Assembly: GCA_963823035.1 (NCBI GenBank)
Contig: CAWGKG010000019.1
Span: 102,164-166,163 of the forward strand
Direction: 5' to 3'
DNA from: an uncultured Gemmatimonadales bacterium
Lineage (GTDB): Bacteria; Gemmatimonadota; Gemmatimonadetes; Longimicrobiales; Gaopeijiaceae
Length of the DNA: 64,000 nt
Within the stretch, counting starts at the first letter, position 1; each line of letters starts with the position of its first letter. The translations under genes were made by a program, and so were the position numbers. The notes under the pieces are model-generated. The model worked only from the letters and a program-made list of their open reading frames with translations, ran no database searches and had not been told where the DNA came from. This document shows, piece after piece, positions 22,231 to 31,949 of the stretch.

Positions 22231-24636
22231 GTGATGACGTCTGCACCCGATCGCCGCAGGATGCCGTTTCGACCGGGGCTCGCCTTGTCGCTCGCCATGC
22301 GCGGGCTGGTCCGCGATCCCGCTTCGAGCGTCCTGGCCGTTACGATCCTCGCGCTCGGCATCGCCCTCCCTGCGACCTTCTTCAGCTTCCTGGTCGGAGC
22401 CACCCGCCCGCTGCCGGTTCCGGACGGCGACCGGGTCGTGCGTGTCGATGTGGTGCAGCCGTCGCGGGACGGACGCTCGCTTCCGGTGACCGGCGACGAT
22501 CTCGAGGCGCTGCAGGGCACGTCTTCCCTGCAGTCCCTCGGCGGCTTCCGGGTCTTCGACGCCACGCTCGTCGACCGAGACCGGGCGGCGGCACGCCTGT
22601 CGGCGGCGGCGCTCAGTCCCGAGGTCCTCCCGCTCCTGCGCGTGGGCCCCGAGATCGGCCGCGTGCCGGGCGTCGGGGAAGCGGCCGGCGCGCTCCTCCT
22701 CGGCCACGACGTCTGGGCGGAGCTGTACGACGCCGATCCCGACGTGCTGGGGCGGACGGTGGAGGTGAACGGCACAGCGCGCGCCATCGTCGGCGTCCTT
22801 CCCGAGGGTTTCGGCTTCCCCTTCAAGCAGAGCGCGTGGGTGGTGATGGACCCCGCCACGTCCCACACGGAGCCGTTGGAGCTCGTCGGCCGGCTCGCCG
22901 ACGGCGCCGGGCTGGAGGCGGCGACCGCGGAGCTCGGAGGGCGCTGGCTGCGCCGCGACGCGGAGCGCGACCCGGCAGCGATCGGGGGCGTGGTGCAGGT
23001 GGAGTCCTACACGGGGAGTCGAGGCGAAAGCGGTGAAGCGGTCGCCTTCGCCGGGCTGGTGCTGGTGGCGCTGTGCCTCCTGCTGATCGCCTGCGCGAAC
23101 GTGGCGAACCTGCTGCTGGTCCGGGCAACGGAGCGCGTGCGCGCGCTCGGCATCCAGGCGGCGCTCGGCGCCGGGCGCGCTCAGATCGGAGCGCAGCTCT
23201 TCCTCGAGTCGCTGATCGTCGCGGTGGCCGGCGGCGCCGCCGGCCTCGCGGTGGCCTCGTGGACGGTGTCGCTCGTGCAGAGCAGCATGTCCACGGAGAA
23301 CTTCGGCTACTACTGGATGCGCATGTCCGTCGACGGCACGGTGCTCGCGTTCACGAGCGTGCTCGTGGTGGGCACCGCGCTGGTGGCGGGGCTCCTGCCG
23401 ATCGTGCGCGTCCTGCGCGTCGACGTGCAGCGCATCCTCAAGGAGGAGGGCGCGGCCGCGTCGATCGGGGGAGGCGGTCGGTGGAGCCGCGCGTTCGTCA
23501 CGGTCCAGCTCGCGCTGTCGTGCGGCGCGGTGGTCGCGGCCGCGCTCACCGGACGCTCGCTGGCGGGCACGCGCGACTTCGGCCGCGGCCTGCCCACCGA
23601 GGAGATCCTGGTGGCTTCGCTCCAGGTACCCGCGGAGGCGACGCCCGGGGCGCGCACCGCGCACCTGCGCACCCTCGAGGGCGCGCTGGCCGCGGAGCCG
23701 GGTGCACGCTCCGCCGCCCTGGCCCTCGGCGCTCCCGGCTACTTCGAGCGCTATGGGCGTGTCGAGGTGCAGGGAGAGGAGCTGGACCCGCGCGCCGCCA
23801 CGACCTGGAACGCGATCTCGCCCGGCTTCGATGCGGTCGTGGGGATCGACCTCCGGGCGGGACGCGGCCTGTCCGCCGCGGACGACGACCGCGCGCCCCG
23901 CGTGGCGGTGGTGAGCGAGAGCTTCGCGCGCCGCTACTCCCCCGACACGCCCGTGCTGGGCCGCGCCGTGCGCATCGCCGGCGCGGATTCGACCGCCTGG
24001 TTCACCGTGGTCGGCGTGATGGCGGACCTCGATCTGGGAGGTGGCCCCGAGGCCCGGAGCGACCGGGTCTATCTCCCCCTCGCGCAGGTGGACGGCGGCC
24101 CGGACCTCGCGCTCGTGCGAGCGGCGGGGAGCGCCGCCGCGCTCGCATCGGGACTGCGCGCGGTCGTGGCGGATGCGGACCCGGACGTCCCGCTGTGGAG
24201 CATCCGCACGCTCGCCGACGCGCACGCGTTCATGCTGCGCGTGCCGCGCGCCCTCGCCACCATGGCGCTCGCCGGCGGCACGGCCGGCCTCCTCGTGGCC
24301 GTGGTGGGACTGTACGGGCTGCTCGCCTTCCGCGTGCGCCAGCGCCGCCGGGAGATGGGCGTGCGCCTCGCGCTCGGTGCGGACGGCAGGCGCCTGGTCC
24401 TGAGTGTGCTCGGCCTGGCGTTCCGCCAGCTCGTGCCCGCCGTGGCCGTTGGTCTCACCCTGGCGTGGCTGTTGTCGCCGATCCTGCAGGCCATGCTCCT
24501 CGGGCAGAGTCCGCGCGGCGCCGGTACCTACCTCGCGGTGGGCGTGGGCTTCCTCGCCACGGGGATGGCGGCGGCGCTCATCCCGGCGCTCCAGGCCGGC
24601 GGCGTCGACCCGGCGCGCGTGCTCCGGGGGGAGTAG
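22231..24636 (+). CDS. ADOP-type duplicated ABC permease (MacB/FtsX domains)
   Basis: [13 protein letters not shown] and GLYGLLAFRVRQRRREMGVRLALGA; two MacB-FtsX halves; no ATPase nearby. Confidence 0.88.
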   Translation: MMTSAPDRRRMPFRPGLALSLAMRGLVRDPASSVLAVTILALGIALPATFFSFLVGATRPLPVPDGDRVVRVDVVQPSRDGRSLPVTGDDLEALQGTSSLQSLGGFRVFDATLVDRDRAAARLSAAALSPEVLPLLRVGPEIGRVPGVGEAAGALLLGHDVWAELYDADPDVLGRTVEVNGTARAIVGVLPEGFGFPFKQSAWVVMDPATSHTEPLELVGRLADGAGLEAATAELGGRWLRRDAERDPAAIGGVVQVESYTGSRGESGEAVAFAGLVLVALCLLLIACANVANLLLVRATERVRALGIQAALGAGRAQIGAQLFLESLIVAVAGGAAGLAVASWTVSLVQSSMSTENFGYYWMRMSVDGTVLAFTSVLVVGTALVAGLLPIVRVLRVDVQRILKEEGAAASIGGGGRWSRAFVTVQLALSCGAVVAAALTGRSLAGTRDFGRGLPTEEILVASLQVPAEATPGARTAHLRTLEGALAAEPGARSAALALGAPGYFERYGRVEVQGEELDPRAATTWNAISPGFDAVVGIDLRAGRGLSAADDDRAPRVAVVSESFARRYSPDTPVLGRAVRIAGADSTAWFTVVGVMADLDLGGGPEARSDRVYLPLAQVDGGPDLALVRAAGSAAALASGLRAVVADADPDVPLWSIRTLADAHAFMLRVPRALATMALAGGTAGLLVAVVGLYGLLAFRVRQRRREMGVRLALGADGRRLVLSVLGLAFRQLVPAVAVGLTLAWLLSPILQAMLLGQSPRGAGTYLAVGVGFLATGMAAALIPALQAGGVDPARVLRGE

Positions 24637-24741
24637 GGCGGGCGGACTCCGTCACGGATAGGGGGTGCCGGTCGTTCTTCATGGCGCATAGACAGTCCGT
24701 GGGACCTTGAACCGAAAGGAACGACGACCGTGGGATCGAAG

Positions 24742-25164
24742 ATGACGAGAAGCGCGGCGGCCCTCGTGGCCGTCCTGGCGCTGGGATGTGGGAAGGCCAC
24801 CGAGCCGGACGTCGACCTCGACGCCAGCCTGGTGACGCTTCCGGCCGACGTGGTTCTGGGATATGGGGCGGAGGCGCAGGTCGAAGGCACGGCGCTGCGG
24901 GTGGCGTTCACGGGCGTACGGGAGGACTCCCGCTGCCCTGCCGGCGTGGTATGCGTCTGGCAGGGCAACGCCGCGGTGGACCTGCGCGTGACGGGGGGCG
25001 CGGCGCCCGTCACGATCGAGCTGAACACCGCCCTGCAGCCGATGGACGAGGACGTGGCCGGCGTGCGCATCACGCTCCTCGAGGTGCAGCCCGGCCCGCA
25101 AGCCGGCGTGCCCACCCCCCGGGAGGCCTACTCGGTGAGGCTCAGGATGGAGCCGATCCGGTAG
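24742..25164 (+). CDS. Hypothetical lipoprotein with DSRCP..CVWxG motif
   Basis: Lipobox LALGC; conserved-looking EDSRCPAGVVCVWQGNA Cys pair. Confidence 0.72.
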   Translation: MTRSAAALVAVLALGCGKATEPDVDLDASLVTLPADVVLGYGAEAQVEGTALRVAFTGVREDSRCPAGVVCVWQGNAAVDLRVTGGAAPVTIELNTALQPMDEDVAGVRITLLEVQPGPQAGVPTPREAYSVRLRMEPIR

Positions 25165-25186
25165 GTGCGTCGCGCCTCGGCGGCGG

Positions 25187-27622
25187 TCAGCGTCCCGCGC
25201 GCCGAGGCGCGCACGACCCTCCGTTCACTGCGCATTCGGGCGCGCGCAGCGTACGCTCGAACAACTCGAAGATCCGTCGGTACTCGTCGGTCCACGAGGT
25301 GGGCTCGACGAACCCGTGGCTCTCGACCGGATAGGGCTGGAACTCCCAGTTCTCCTTCCCCAGCTCGATGAGGCGCTGCACCAGCCGAACCACGTCCGAG
25401 AAGTGCACGTTGGTGTCGACCATCCCGTGCAGGATCAGGAGGTGCTGGTCGGGGTGGAGGAACTGGGCGAAGTAGATCGGCGAGGACTTCTCGTAGGCCT
25501 CCGCGTCGTTCTGCGGCAGGTTGAGGATGTCGCTCGTGTAACCGTGGTTGTAGTGCGCCCAGTCGGTCACCGAGCGCAGCGCCGCTCCCGACCGGAAGGT
25601 CTCGCCGGCCGTGAAGAGCGCCATGAGCGTCATGAACCCGCCGTACGAGCCGCCGTACATCCCGATGCGACCGGCGTCCACGTGCTCGTTCTCCACCAGC
25701 CAGTGCGCGCCGTCCACCTGGTCGCTCAGGTCCTTCCCGCCCATCCACCGGTAGATCGCGGTGCGCCAGTCGCGCCCGTAGCCGGCGGAGCCCCGGTAGT
25801 CGATGTCGAGCACCGTGTAGCCACTCGCGGCCAGCAGGTGGTTGAACATGTACTCGCGGGAATACGACGACCAATAGTGGTGGACGTTGTGCAGGTAACC
25901 CGCACCGTGCACGAAGATCACGCCGCCCCCGTTGGCCTCCGCCCCCAGATCCTGGGGCCGGTAGATGCGCGCGGGCACCATCGTGCCGTCCTCGGCCTCG
26001 ATGTGGACGATCTCCGGCTCGATCCAGGGGAAGGACGACCACGCGGTGGTCGGGGAGGTGGTCACCTTCGTCATGCGCGTCGGCCGACCGGCCTCCGCCA
26101 CGTACAGCTCGGGCGGCCGGTTCGACACGTCGTGCACGATCGCCAGGCGGCGCCCATCCGGTGAGGGGGTGACGGTGAAGCGGCCTTCGCCCTCGCTGAC
26201 ACGGCGGCGGTTCTTGCCGTCGAACTCCATCCACCAGGCGCCCTCGTCGAAGGGCGAGCCCTCGTTCGTGGTGAGGAGGAAGCGAGACCGGTCCTCGGGG
26301 ATGGCGACGTCGAGCACCTCCCACTCCCCCGAGGTCAGCGACTGCTTGCGCGTCCCGTCGGCGTTCACCGTGTAGAGGTGTGCGAAGCCGGACTTCTCGC
26401 TCACGAACCAGATCCGATCGGTGCCCGGCACGAAGCCGACGCACCGCGCGAAGCAGGGCCCGCCCACCCACGCCTCGTCGTGCAGGTAGTCGAGCAGAGT
26501 GCGCTCGCCGGTCTCTCCGTCGACCGACCAGAGCCACCGGTCCTTGTTGTCGTAGGAGACGGCGAAGATGAACGCCTTGGTGCCGGCGTCGTTCCAGCCG
26601 GCGTTGTAGACGCCGGGCTTCTCCTCGCCGTCGTAGTCGTCGGGTGCGGGGTCGACCCACCGCACCGAGTCGGTCCGGGTGTCGAGCAGGCCCACGCGGC
26701 CGTGGCCCTGCGCGTCGCCGACCTTGGGGCGTCCGTCGATGTCCTGCGTGTACCCGTTCTCCGTGATCCACTCCGGGATGACGGTGTTCTTGTCGTTCTG
26801 CGCGGGCTGGACCGTGAGCACGAGCACGCGGCCCCCGTCGCGCGTCGGTTGGAGGCCGCGCAGGCGCTCGTCGCGCTCCAGGTAGATCGGGCTGTGATCG
26901 TCGGCCTCGGCCGCCTCGCGCTCGGCCTTCTGCTCTTGCTCCCGCTCCTTCTGTCGGCGCACGTGCTCGAACAGCTCGAGCTGCTGGTCCTCGAGGAACT
27001 TGCGCTGCCCCTCCGCTTCGGCCGGCTCCTTCGGCGCCGGCCCCGACTCGATGCGGGTGAGCTGCTCGAGCGCCCCGTTGGAGAGCGTGAGACGGTAGAG
27101 GTCGTTGCCGCGGCGGAAGAGGACGTTGCGGGCGTCGGGCCCGAACATCGGGGAGCCCTCCGAATCTTCCGTGTGCGTCAGGCGGCGCACCGCCATGGAG
27201 CGGCGGTCCACGAGATAGAGGTCGCCCCCGACCGTCGACACGCGCCAGCGCCGGTTCCGCGAGATGTCCCCGGAGGCGATGAGCGGCGCCGCGTCCCGCG
27301 CGGCGTCGTCGTCGAGACGCTCGGGCTCGCCGCCTCGTCCCCGCACGCGATAGAGCGCGGTCGGGACGTCCCACGCCTCTCCGCCCGGCTTCCAGCGGAA
27401 GTAGATCCACGCGCTGTCGTCCGTCCACCGCACGGAGGAGGGTGCCTCGCCCACGACCTCGGGGCCGCGCATGATGCTCTTGATCGACAGGTTGAACGTC
27501 TGCCCACGTACCGGCTGCGGCACCCAGGTGGCCGTGCTCTGCGCGGAGGCTGCGCCGGCGGTTGTGGCCCAGGCGCCGAATGCGAGCGCGAAGGCCCGGA
27601 GGAGCTTCGGCTGTCCGGACAT
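25187..27622 (-). CDS. S9 family (DPP IV/prolyl oligopeptidase) serine peptidase, exported
   Basis: Signal peptide, propeller region, VHGAGY, DYRGSAGYG, GGSYGG nucleophile, HGMVDTNV and HGF. Confidence 0.93.
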   Translation of the reverse strand: MSGQPKLLRAFALAFGAWATTAGAASAQSTATWVPQPVRGQTFNLSIKSIMRGPEVVGEAPSSVRWTDDSAWIYFRWKPGGEAWDVPTALYRVRGRGGEPERLDDDAARDAAPLIASGDISRNRRWRVSTVGGDLYLVDRRSMAVRRLTHTEDSEGSPMFGPDARNVLFRRGNDLYRLTLSNGALEQLTRIESGPAPKEPAEAEGQRKFLEDQQLELFEHVRRQKEREQEQKAEREAAEADDHSPIYLERDERLRGLQPTRDGGRVLVLTVQPAQNDKNTVIPEWITENGYTQDIDGRPKVGDAQGHGRVGLLDTRTDSVRWVDPAPDDYDGEEKPGVYNAGWNDAGTKAFIFAVSYDNKDRWLWSVDGETGERTLLDYLHDEAWVGGPCFARCVGFVPGTDRIWFVSEKSGFAHLYTVNADGTRKQSLTSGEWEVLDVAIPEDRSRFLLTTNEGSPFDEGAWWMEFDGKNRRRVSEGEGRFTVTPSPDGRRLAIVHDVSNRPPELYVAEAGRPTRMTKVTTSPTTAWSSFPWIEPEIVHIEAEDGTMVPARIYRPQDLGAEANGGGVIFVHGAGYLHNVHHYWSSYSREYMFNHLLAASGYTVLDIDYRGSAGYGRDWRTAIYRWMGGKDLSDQVDGAHWLVENEHVDAGRIGMYGGSYGGFMTLMALFTAGETFRSGAALRSVTDWAHYNHGYTSDILNLPQNDAEAYEKSSPIYFAQFLHPDQHLLILHGMVDTNVHFSDVVRLVQRLIELGKENWEFQPYPVESHGFVEPTSWTDEYRRIFELFERTLRAPECAVNGGSCAPRRAGR

Positions 27623-27662
27623 GGGGGTTCCTCTCTCGCGGTCGGGTGATGGACGGTGGACG

Positions 27663-28754
27663 TCAGTCGCCGAGGCAGATACCGAGGGCGCGTGCGGTGC
27701 TCACCACGTCCGAGTCCAGGGGGACCGTCTTGATCTTCGAGATGGCCTGCCCGAGCGGCACGGCCAGGACGTTGGGGGGGTCGAGGGCGACCATGCATCC
27801 GTGGCTCCCGTCGCGGATCAGGTTGACCGCGGCGGCGCCGAAGCGCAGCGACAGCAGGCGGTCGTACGCGTTCGGGCTGCCCCCGCGCTGGAGATGGCCC
27901 AGCACCAGGGAGCGCGTCTCGCGCCCGGTGCGCAGGTTGATCTCGGTGGCCACCTCCTCCCCGATGCCGCCGAGGCGGACCTGGCCGCTGTCCTTGCGCC
28001 GGAAGTGCGGCTCTCCGCCCTTCGGGTAGGCGCCCTCCGACACGACCACGATCGCAAAGCCCCGTCGCCCCATGTGGTAGCGCGCCTCGATCTTGTCGGC
28101 GATCACGTCCATGTCGAAGGGGATCTCCGGGATGAGGATGATATCGGCCGTGCCGGCCACGCCCGCGAAGAGGGCGATCCACCCGGCGCTGCGACCCATC
28201 AGCTCGATGACCATCACCCGCTCGTGCGCCTGCGCCGTGGAGTGCAGGCGGTCGATGGCGTCGGTGGCGGTGGCGACCGCGGTCTGGAAGCCGAAGGTGA
28301 GGTTCGTGGCCGCGAGGTCGTTGTCGATCGTCTTCGGCACGCCCACGACCTTGAGGCCCTTCTGGAAGAGGTGGTGCGCGATGGTGAGAGAGCCGTCGCC
28401 TCCGATGGCCACCAGCGCGTCGATGTCGTGGTCGGCCAACGCCTCGATCACGGCGTCGGAGCGGTCCTCGTACGTGACCGAGCCGTCCTCGTGCGTCACG
28501 GGCCAGCGCAGCGGGTTGCCCCGGTTCGTGGTGCCCAGGATGGTCCCGCCCATGTGGGTGATGCCTCGCACCGCGGAGCGGTCGAGCCGCATGACGCCGC
28601 CCTGCTCGAAGAGGCCGTCGTAGCTGCGCTCGATGCCGTAGACCTCCCAGCCAATCTCCTCCGCCGCGAGCACCACCGCGCGGATGACGGCGTTCAGGCC
28701 GGGTGCGTCACCGCCGCCGGTGTTGATGGCGATGCGCCGGATCTCCGGATGCAT
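27663..28754 (-). CDS. pfkA: 6-phosphofructokinase (PfkA family)
   Basis: TGGGDAPGLN, GGTILGT, IGGDGS, PKTIDND, ELMGR and LGHLQRGG motifs. Confidence 0.95.
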   Translation of the reverse strand: MHPEIRRIAINTGGGDAPGLNAVIRAVVLAAEEIGWEVYGIERSYDGLFEQGGVMRLDRSAVRGITHMGGTILGTTNRGNPLRWPVTHEDGSVTYEDRSDAVIEALADHDIDALVAIGGDGSLTIAHHLFQKGLKVVGVPKTIDNDLAATNLTFGFQTAVATATDAIDRLHSTAQAHERVMVIELMGRSAGWIALFAGVAGTADIILIPEIPFDMDVIADKIEARYHMGRRGFAIVVVSEGAYPKGGEPHFRRKDSGQVRLGGIGEEVATEINLRTGRETRSLVLGHLQRGGSPNAYDRLLSLRFGAAAVNLIRDGSHGCMVALDPPNVLAVPLGQAISKIKTVPLDSDVVSTARALGICLGD

Positions 28755-28799
28755 ATTCCTCCTGGATCTCGAAACGGGGTGAGCCCGGGACTGCCGGAC

Positions 28800-29195
28800 T
28801 CAGAAACGGTCGTGGCCCTTCCATGGGTCGGCCGCATCGCCGGGGTTCAGGATCTCCCGGAGGGCGGCCAGCAGCTCCGAGGGCATCACCGGCTTCTTGA
28901 TCGTCTTCGTGGCGCCCAGCTCCAGGGCCCGACCGAGCTGTCCGGCGGCCACGCCGGACACCGCGATGATCACGGCGAGGGGATCGATCTCCTTCAACTC
29001 GCGGATGAGCTGCAGGCCGTTCAGGCGGGGCATGTGGAGGTCCGTGATCACGATCTCGACCCGGTGGTTCTTGTACGCCTTCAGGGCGGACTCCCCATCG
29101 GAGGCGAAGAACAGCGCGTGCCCGGCGTCCTCGAGAATCGCCCGCTCGAACAGGCGATCGGATTCCTCGTCGTCGACGATGAGGATTCTTGCCAT
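28800..29195 (-). CDS. Stand-alone response regulator receiver protein
   Basis: ILIVDD, ITDLHMP (phospho-Asp), VSG and KP motifs; no output domain. Confidence 0.9.
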   Translation of the reverse strand: MARILIVDDEESDRLFERAILEDAGHALFFASDGESALKAYKNHRVEIVITDLHMPRLNGLQLIRELKEIDPLAVIIAVSGVAAGQLGRALELGATKTIKKPVMPSELLAALREILNPGDAADPWKGHDRF

Positions 29196-29222
29196 CCCAC
29201 ACTCCTGTTCAGCACCGATTCG

Positions 29223-30839
29223 TCAGAACCGGCGCCAGTCGCTTTCGAGAATCTTCCTGTAGACCCCCGACCCACAGAAAAGGTCGACGATATCGGGGTC
29301 CAGCGCACCCTCTCGCGCTTCCGAGCGCAGGATGTCCAGCGCCTGGTCGACGGGGAGCGCGCTCTTGTACGGTCGATCGCTCGCGGTGAGCGCGTCGAAG
29401 ATGTCGCAGACGGACATGATCCGCGTCTCCAGCGAGACGGCGGCGCCGCTCACGCCGTCGGGGTAGCCCCCGCCGTTCAGCTTCTCGTGGTGGCCACGCA
29501 CGATCTCGTGGATACGCGACAGCTCCTCCGTCCATGGAATGGCGAGCAGGAAGTCGTAGCCGTGGATCACGTGCGACTCGATCTGTCTGCGCTCGTCTTC
29601 GTCGAGGTTGCCGCGTGGTATCGAGAGGAAGTGCAGCTCCTCTTCGCTCAGGTACGGCTTCGCCGTGCCGTCGGGCGCGGTGTAGTGCCTCGTGCTCATC
29701 TCCCCGAGGATCGCGGGCGGATCCTCGGGAAAGACGCGGGGGACGTTGGCGTCCTCGATCGCGGCGCGGTAACGCTCCAGGGCTTCGAGCTCCTCGCGGA
29801 GGCGTGCCTCCACCTCCGCGAGCCGTTCCGACGCCTGGGGACCATGGTGTAGCAGCACCACCTCGCGGGCGCGGGCGGCTTCGGCCTCGAGCGTCCTCCG
29901 GATCAGCCCGAAGCGCTCTTCGATGCGGGCGCCCATGACGGGAGGCAGCTTGTTCACCTTCACCAGCACCTCCTCGCGTACCCCCACCTTCCCGAAGTCG
30001 TGCAGCAGGGCCGCGTAGCGAAGCTGCCGCATCTGGTCTTCGGTGAAGCGGGTATCGCGGAACGGGCCCTCCGTCTGGGCACCGATGAGCGCGGCGGTGT
30101 CGCAGGTGAGCTCGCTGACACGCACCGAGTGCCCCGAGGTGGTGGGGTCGCGCTGGTCGATGGCGGTGACCGCAGCCTTGATGAACCCGGCGAAGAGGTT
30201 TTCGATGGACTGGTAGAGGCGACCGTTCTCGATGGACACGGCGGCCTGACCGGCGAGCGACTGGACGAGCGCGACGTCGTGCTCCTCGTAGGGGAGCACC
30301 CACCGGGCCGCGTCCTCCTCCGAGCGGATCGCGGCTGCCGGATCGGACTTGCGGTTGATGAGCTGGAGCACGCCCACCATGCGGTCGCGGTGGTCCGTCA
30401 TCGGGACCACCAGCATCGACTTCGCGCGGTAGCCGTACTTCGTGTCGAAGGCCGTCCGGTTGAAGGTGAAGGGGAGGCCGTCGGGGATGTCGTACACGTC
30501 GTCGAGCACCACCGGCTCCCCGCGGAGCGCCACGAAGCCCGCGACGCTCGTCTCGTCCAGCTGGAGGGTGAAGTTCGGCGAAGGAAGGTCGGGCAGCGTG
30601 TCGTTCTGCGACCGCAGGAAGCGCAGGCGATCGTTGCCGTCCGGGTCCGACTCCACCAGGTAGAGGCTGCCCGCGTCGGAAGCGCTCAGGCGCCGTGCCT
30701 GGGTCAGGATCATCCCCAGGAGGCGCTCCGGATCGCGCTCGGACATGAGCGCCATCCCCACCTTGTTCAGCTCGCGCAGCTCCGCGCGGGCCTGTTCCAG
30801 CTGTCGGCGGAGGGCCTCCTCCCGGCCTGCCTGGTCCAC
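29223..30839 (-). CDS. GAF + HD-GYP phosphodiesterase
   Basis: GTG start 1 nt after the MBL stop; GAF (DAGSLYL, SMLVVPM, GVLQLIN); HSVRV, LLHDFGK, HHEKLNGGGYPDG and DIFDALTASDRPYK. Confidence 0.9.
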   Translation of the reverse strand: MDQAGREEALRRQLEQARAELRELNKVGMALMSERDPERLLGMILTQARRLSASDAGSLYLVESDPDGNDRLRFLRSQNDTLPDLPSPNFTLQLDETSVAGFVALRGEPVVLDDVYDIPDGLPFTFNRTAFDTKYGYRAKSMLVVPMTDHRDRMVGVLQLINRKSDPAAAIRSEEDAARWVLPYEEHDVALVQSLAGQAAVSIENGRLYQSIENLFAGFIKAAVTAIDQRDPTTSGHSVRVSELTCDTAALIGAQTEGPFRDTRFTEDQMRQLRYAALLHDFGKVGVREEVLVKVNKLPPVMGARIEERFGLIRRTLEAEAARAREVVLLHHGPQASERLAEVEARLREELEALERYRAAIEDANVPRVFPEDPPAILGEMSTRHYTAPDGTAKPYLSEEELHFLSIPRGNLDEDERRQIESHVIHGYDFLLAIPWTEELSRIHEIVRGHHEKLNGGGYPDGVSGAAVSLETRIMSVCDIFDALTASDRPYKSALPVDQALDILRSEAREGALDPDIVDLFCGSGVYRKILESDWRRF

Positions 30840-30840
30840 C

Positions 30841-31746
30841 TCACCGCTCCTCGAGGGAGAAGTCGAACCCTTCGGCAGCGGCTTCCATCGGTACGGAGCA
30901 GCCGCGCGCGAGCGCCTCGTCCCGGACGCGGCCCACGATCTCGTCGATCTCCTCGTCGGTTCGCTCGGGATCGTGGTGGAAGAAGAGCAGCCTCCCCACC
31001 TCCGCTTCCTCCGCCAGATGGAGCGCCTGGCGGAAGGTCGAGTGCCCCCACCCGCCGCGCTCCGCGTACTCCTCGTCCGTGTACATCGCGTCGTGCACGA
31101 GGAGGTCCGCCCCGCGCACGAAGTCGAGCAGCTCACGCCTCCACCCCGGGCCGACGTCGTAGCCATCGCCCTCCACCTCGTTGTCGGGCACGAAGCACAC
31201 CACGCGGGAGCCCGCCTCGATGCGGTAGCCCACCACGTTGGAGGGGTGCTTCACCCGGAGGGCGCGCAGGACCATCCCCTCGATCTCCCACGCGGTGTCG
31301 CCCACGTCGTCGAATGACATCTTCGCGGCCACCAGGCTGAACGGAACCGGGAAGTAGATCGGACCCATCTGCCCCGCGAAGAGGCTGCGCACGTCGATGT
31401 TGTTCTGGCGGGGCGCGACGATCTTGAGCTCGACCTCGGGGCGGTACAGGGGTGGGAAGAAGGGGAAGCCCTGGATGTGGTCCCAGTGGAAGTGGGTCAG
31501 GAAGATGTGGTGGAAGCTCCCGCCGGTGCGCAGAAGGTCGAGCCCGAGGGGGCGGATCCCCGAGCCCGCGTCGAGGATCATTCGATGCTCGCCGTGGCGA
31601 ACCTCGAAGCACGTGGTGTTGCCGCCGTAGCGCTGCGTGCTCGGACCCGGGCTCGGGATCGAGCCGCGGGTTCCCCAGCAGCGGAGGGTCAACGAGGTGC
31701 GGGCGTCCGGCGAGGCCTCTGACTTCGTCTCGGTTGCCGTGTCCAA
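30841..31746 (-). CDS. MBL-fold metallo-hydrolase (phosphodiesterase-like)
   Basis: WGTRGSIP, YGGNTTC, THFHWDHIQG, HDAMY, GWGHS and FHHDP; TTG start after GGAGA. Confidence 0.9.
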   Translation of the reverse strand: MDTATETKSEASPDARTSLTLRCWGTRGSIPSPGPSTQRYGGNTTCFEVRHGEHRMILDAGSGIRPLGLDLLRTGGSFHHIFLTHFHWDHIQGFPFFPPLYRPEVELKIVAPRQNNIDVRSLFAGQMGPIYFPVPFSLVAAKMSFDDVGDTAWEIEGMVLRALRVKHPSNVVGYRIEAGSRVVCFVPDNEVEGDGYDVGPGWRRELLDFVRGADLLVHDAMYTDEEYAERGGWGHSTFRQALHLAEEAEVGRLLFFHHDPERTDEEIDEIVGRVRDEALARGCSVPMEAAAEGFDFSLEER

Positions 31747-31949
31747 CGGTTCTCTCCGGAGGGTGGGCGCACGGGCGAGGGTACGCTTGGCCAATGTAGG
31801 GGGTGCGGCCGCGCCCGGGCGAGGGAGTCCGGCGCGCTCCGCGGGACGCACGGCTCCTTTCCCGCGCCGTCCGCCACAGGGTACATTGTCCCGTTCCCTT
31901 TCCGGCCCGTGAGGGGTCGGAGTTCCTCGTGCCACGGAGGCGAAGGCGG

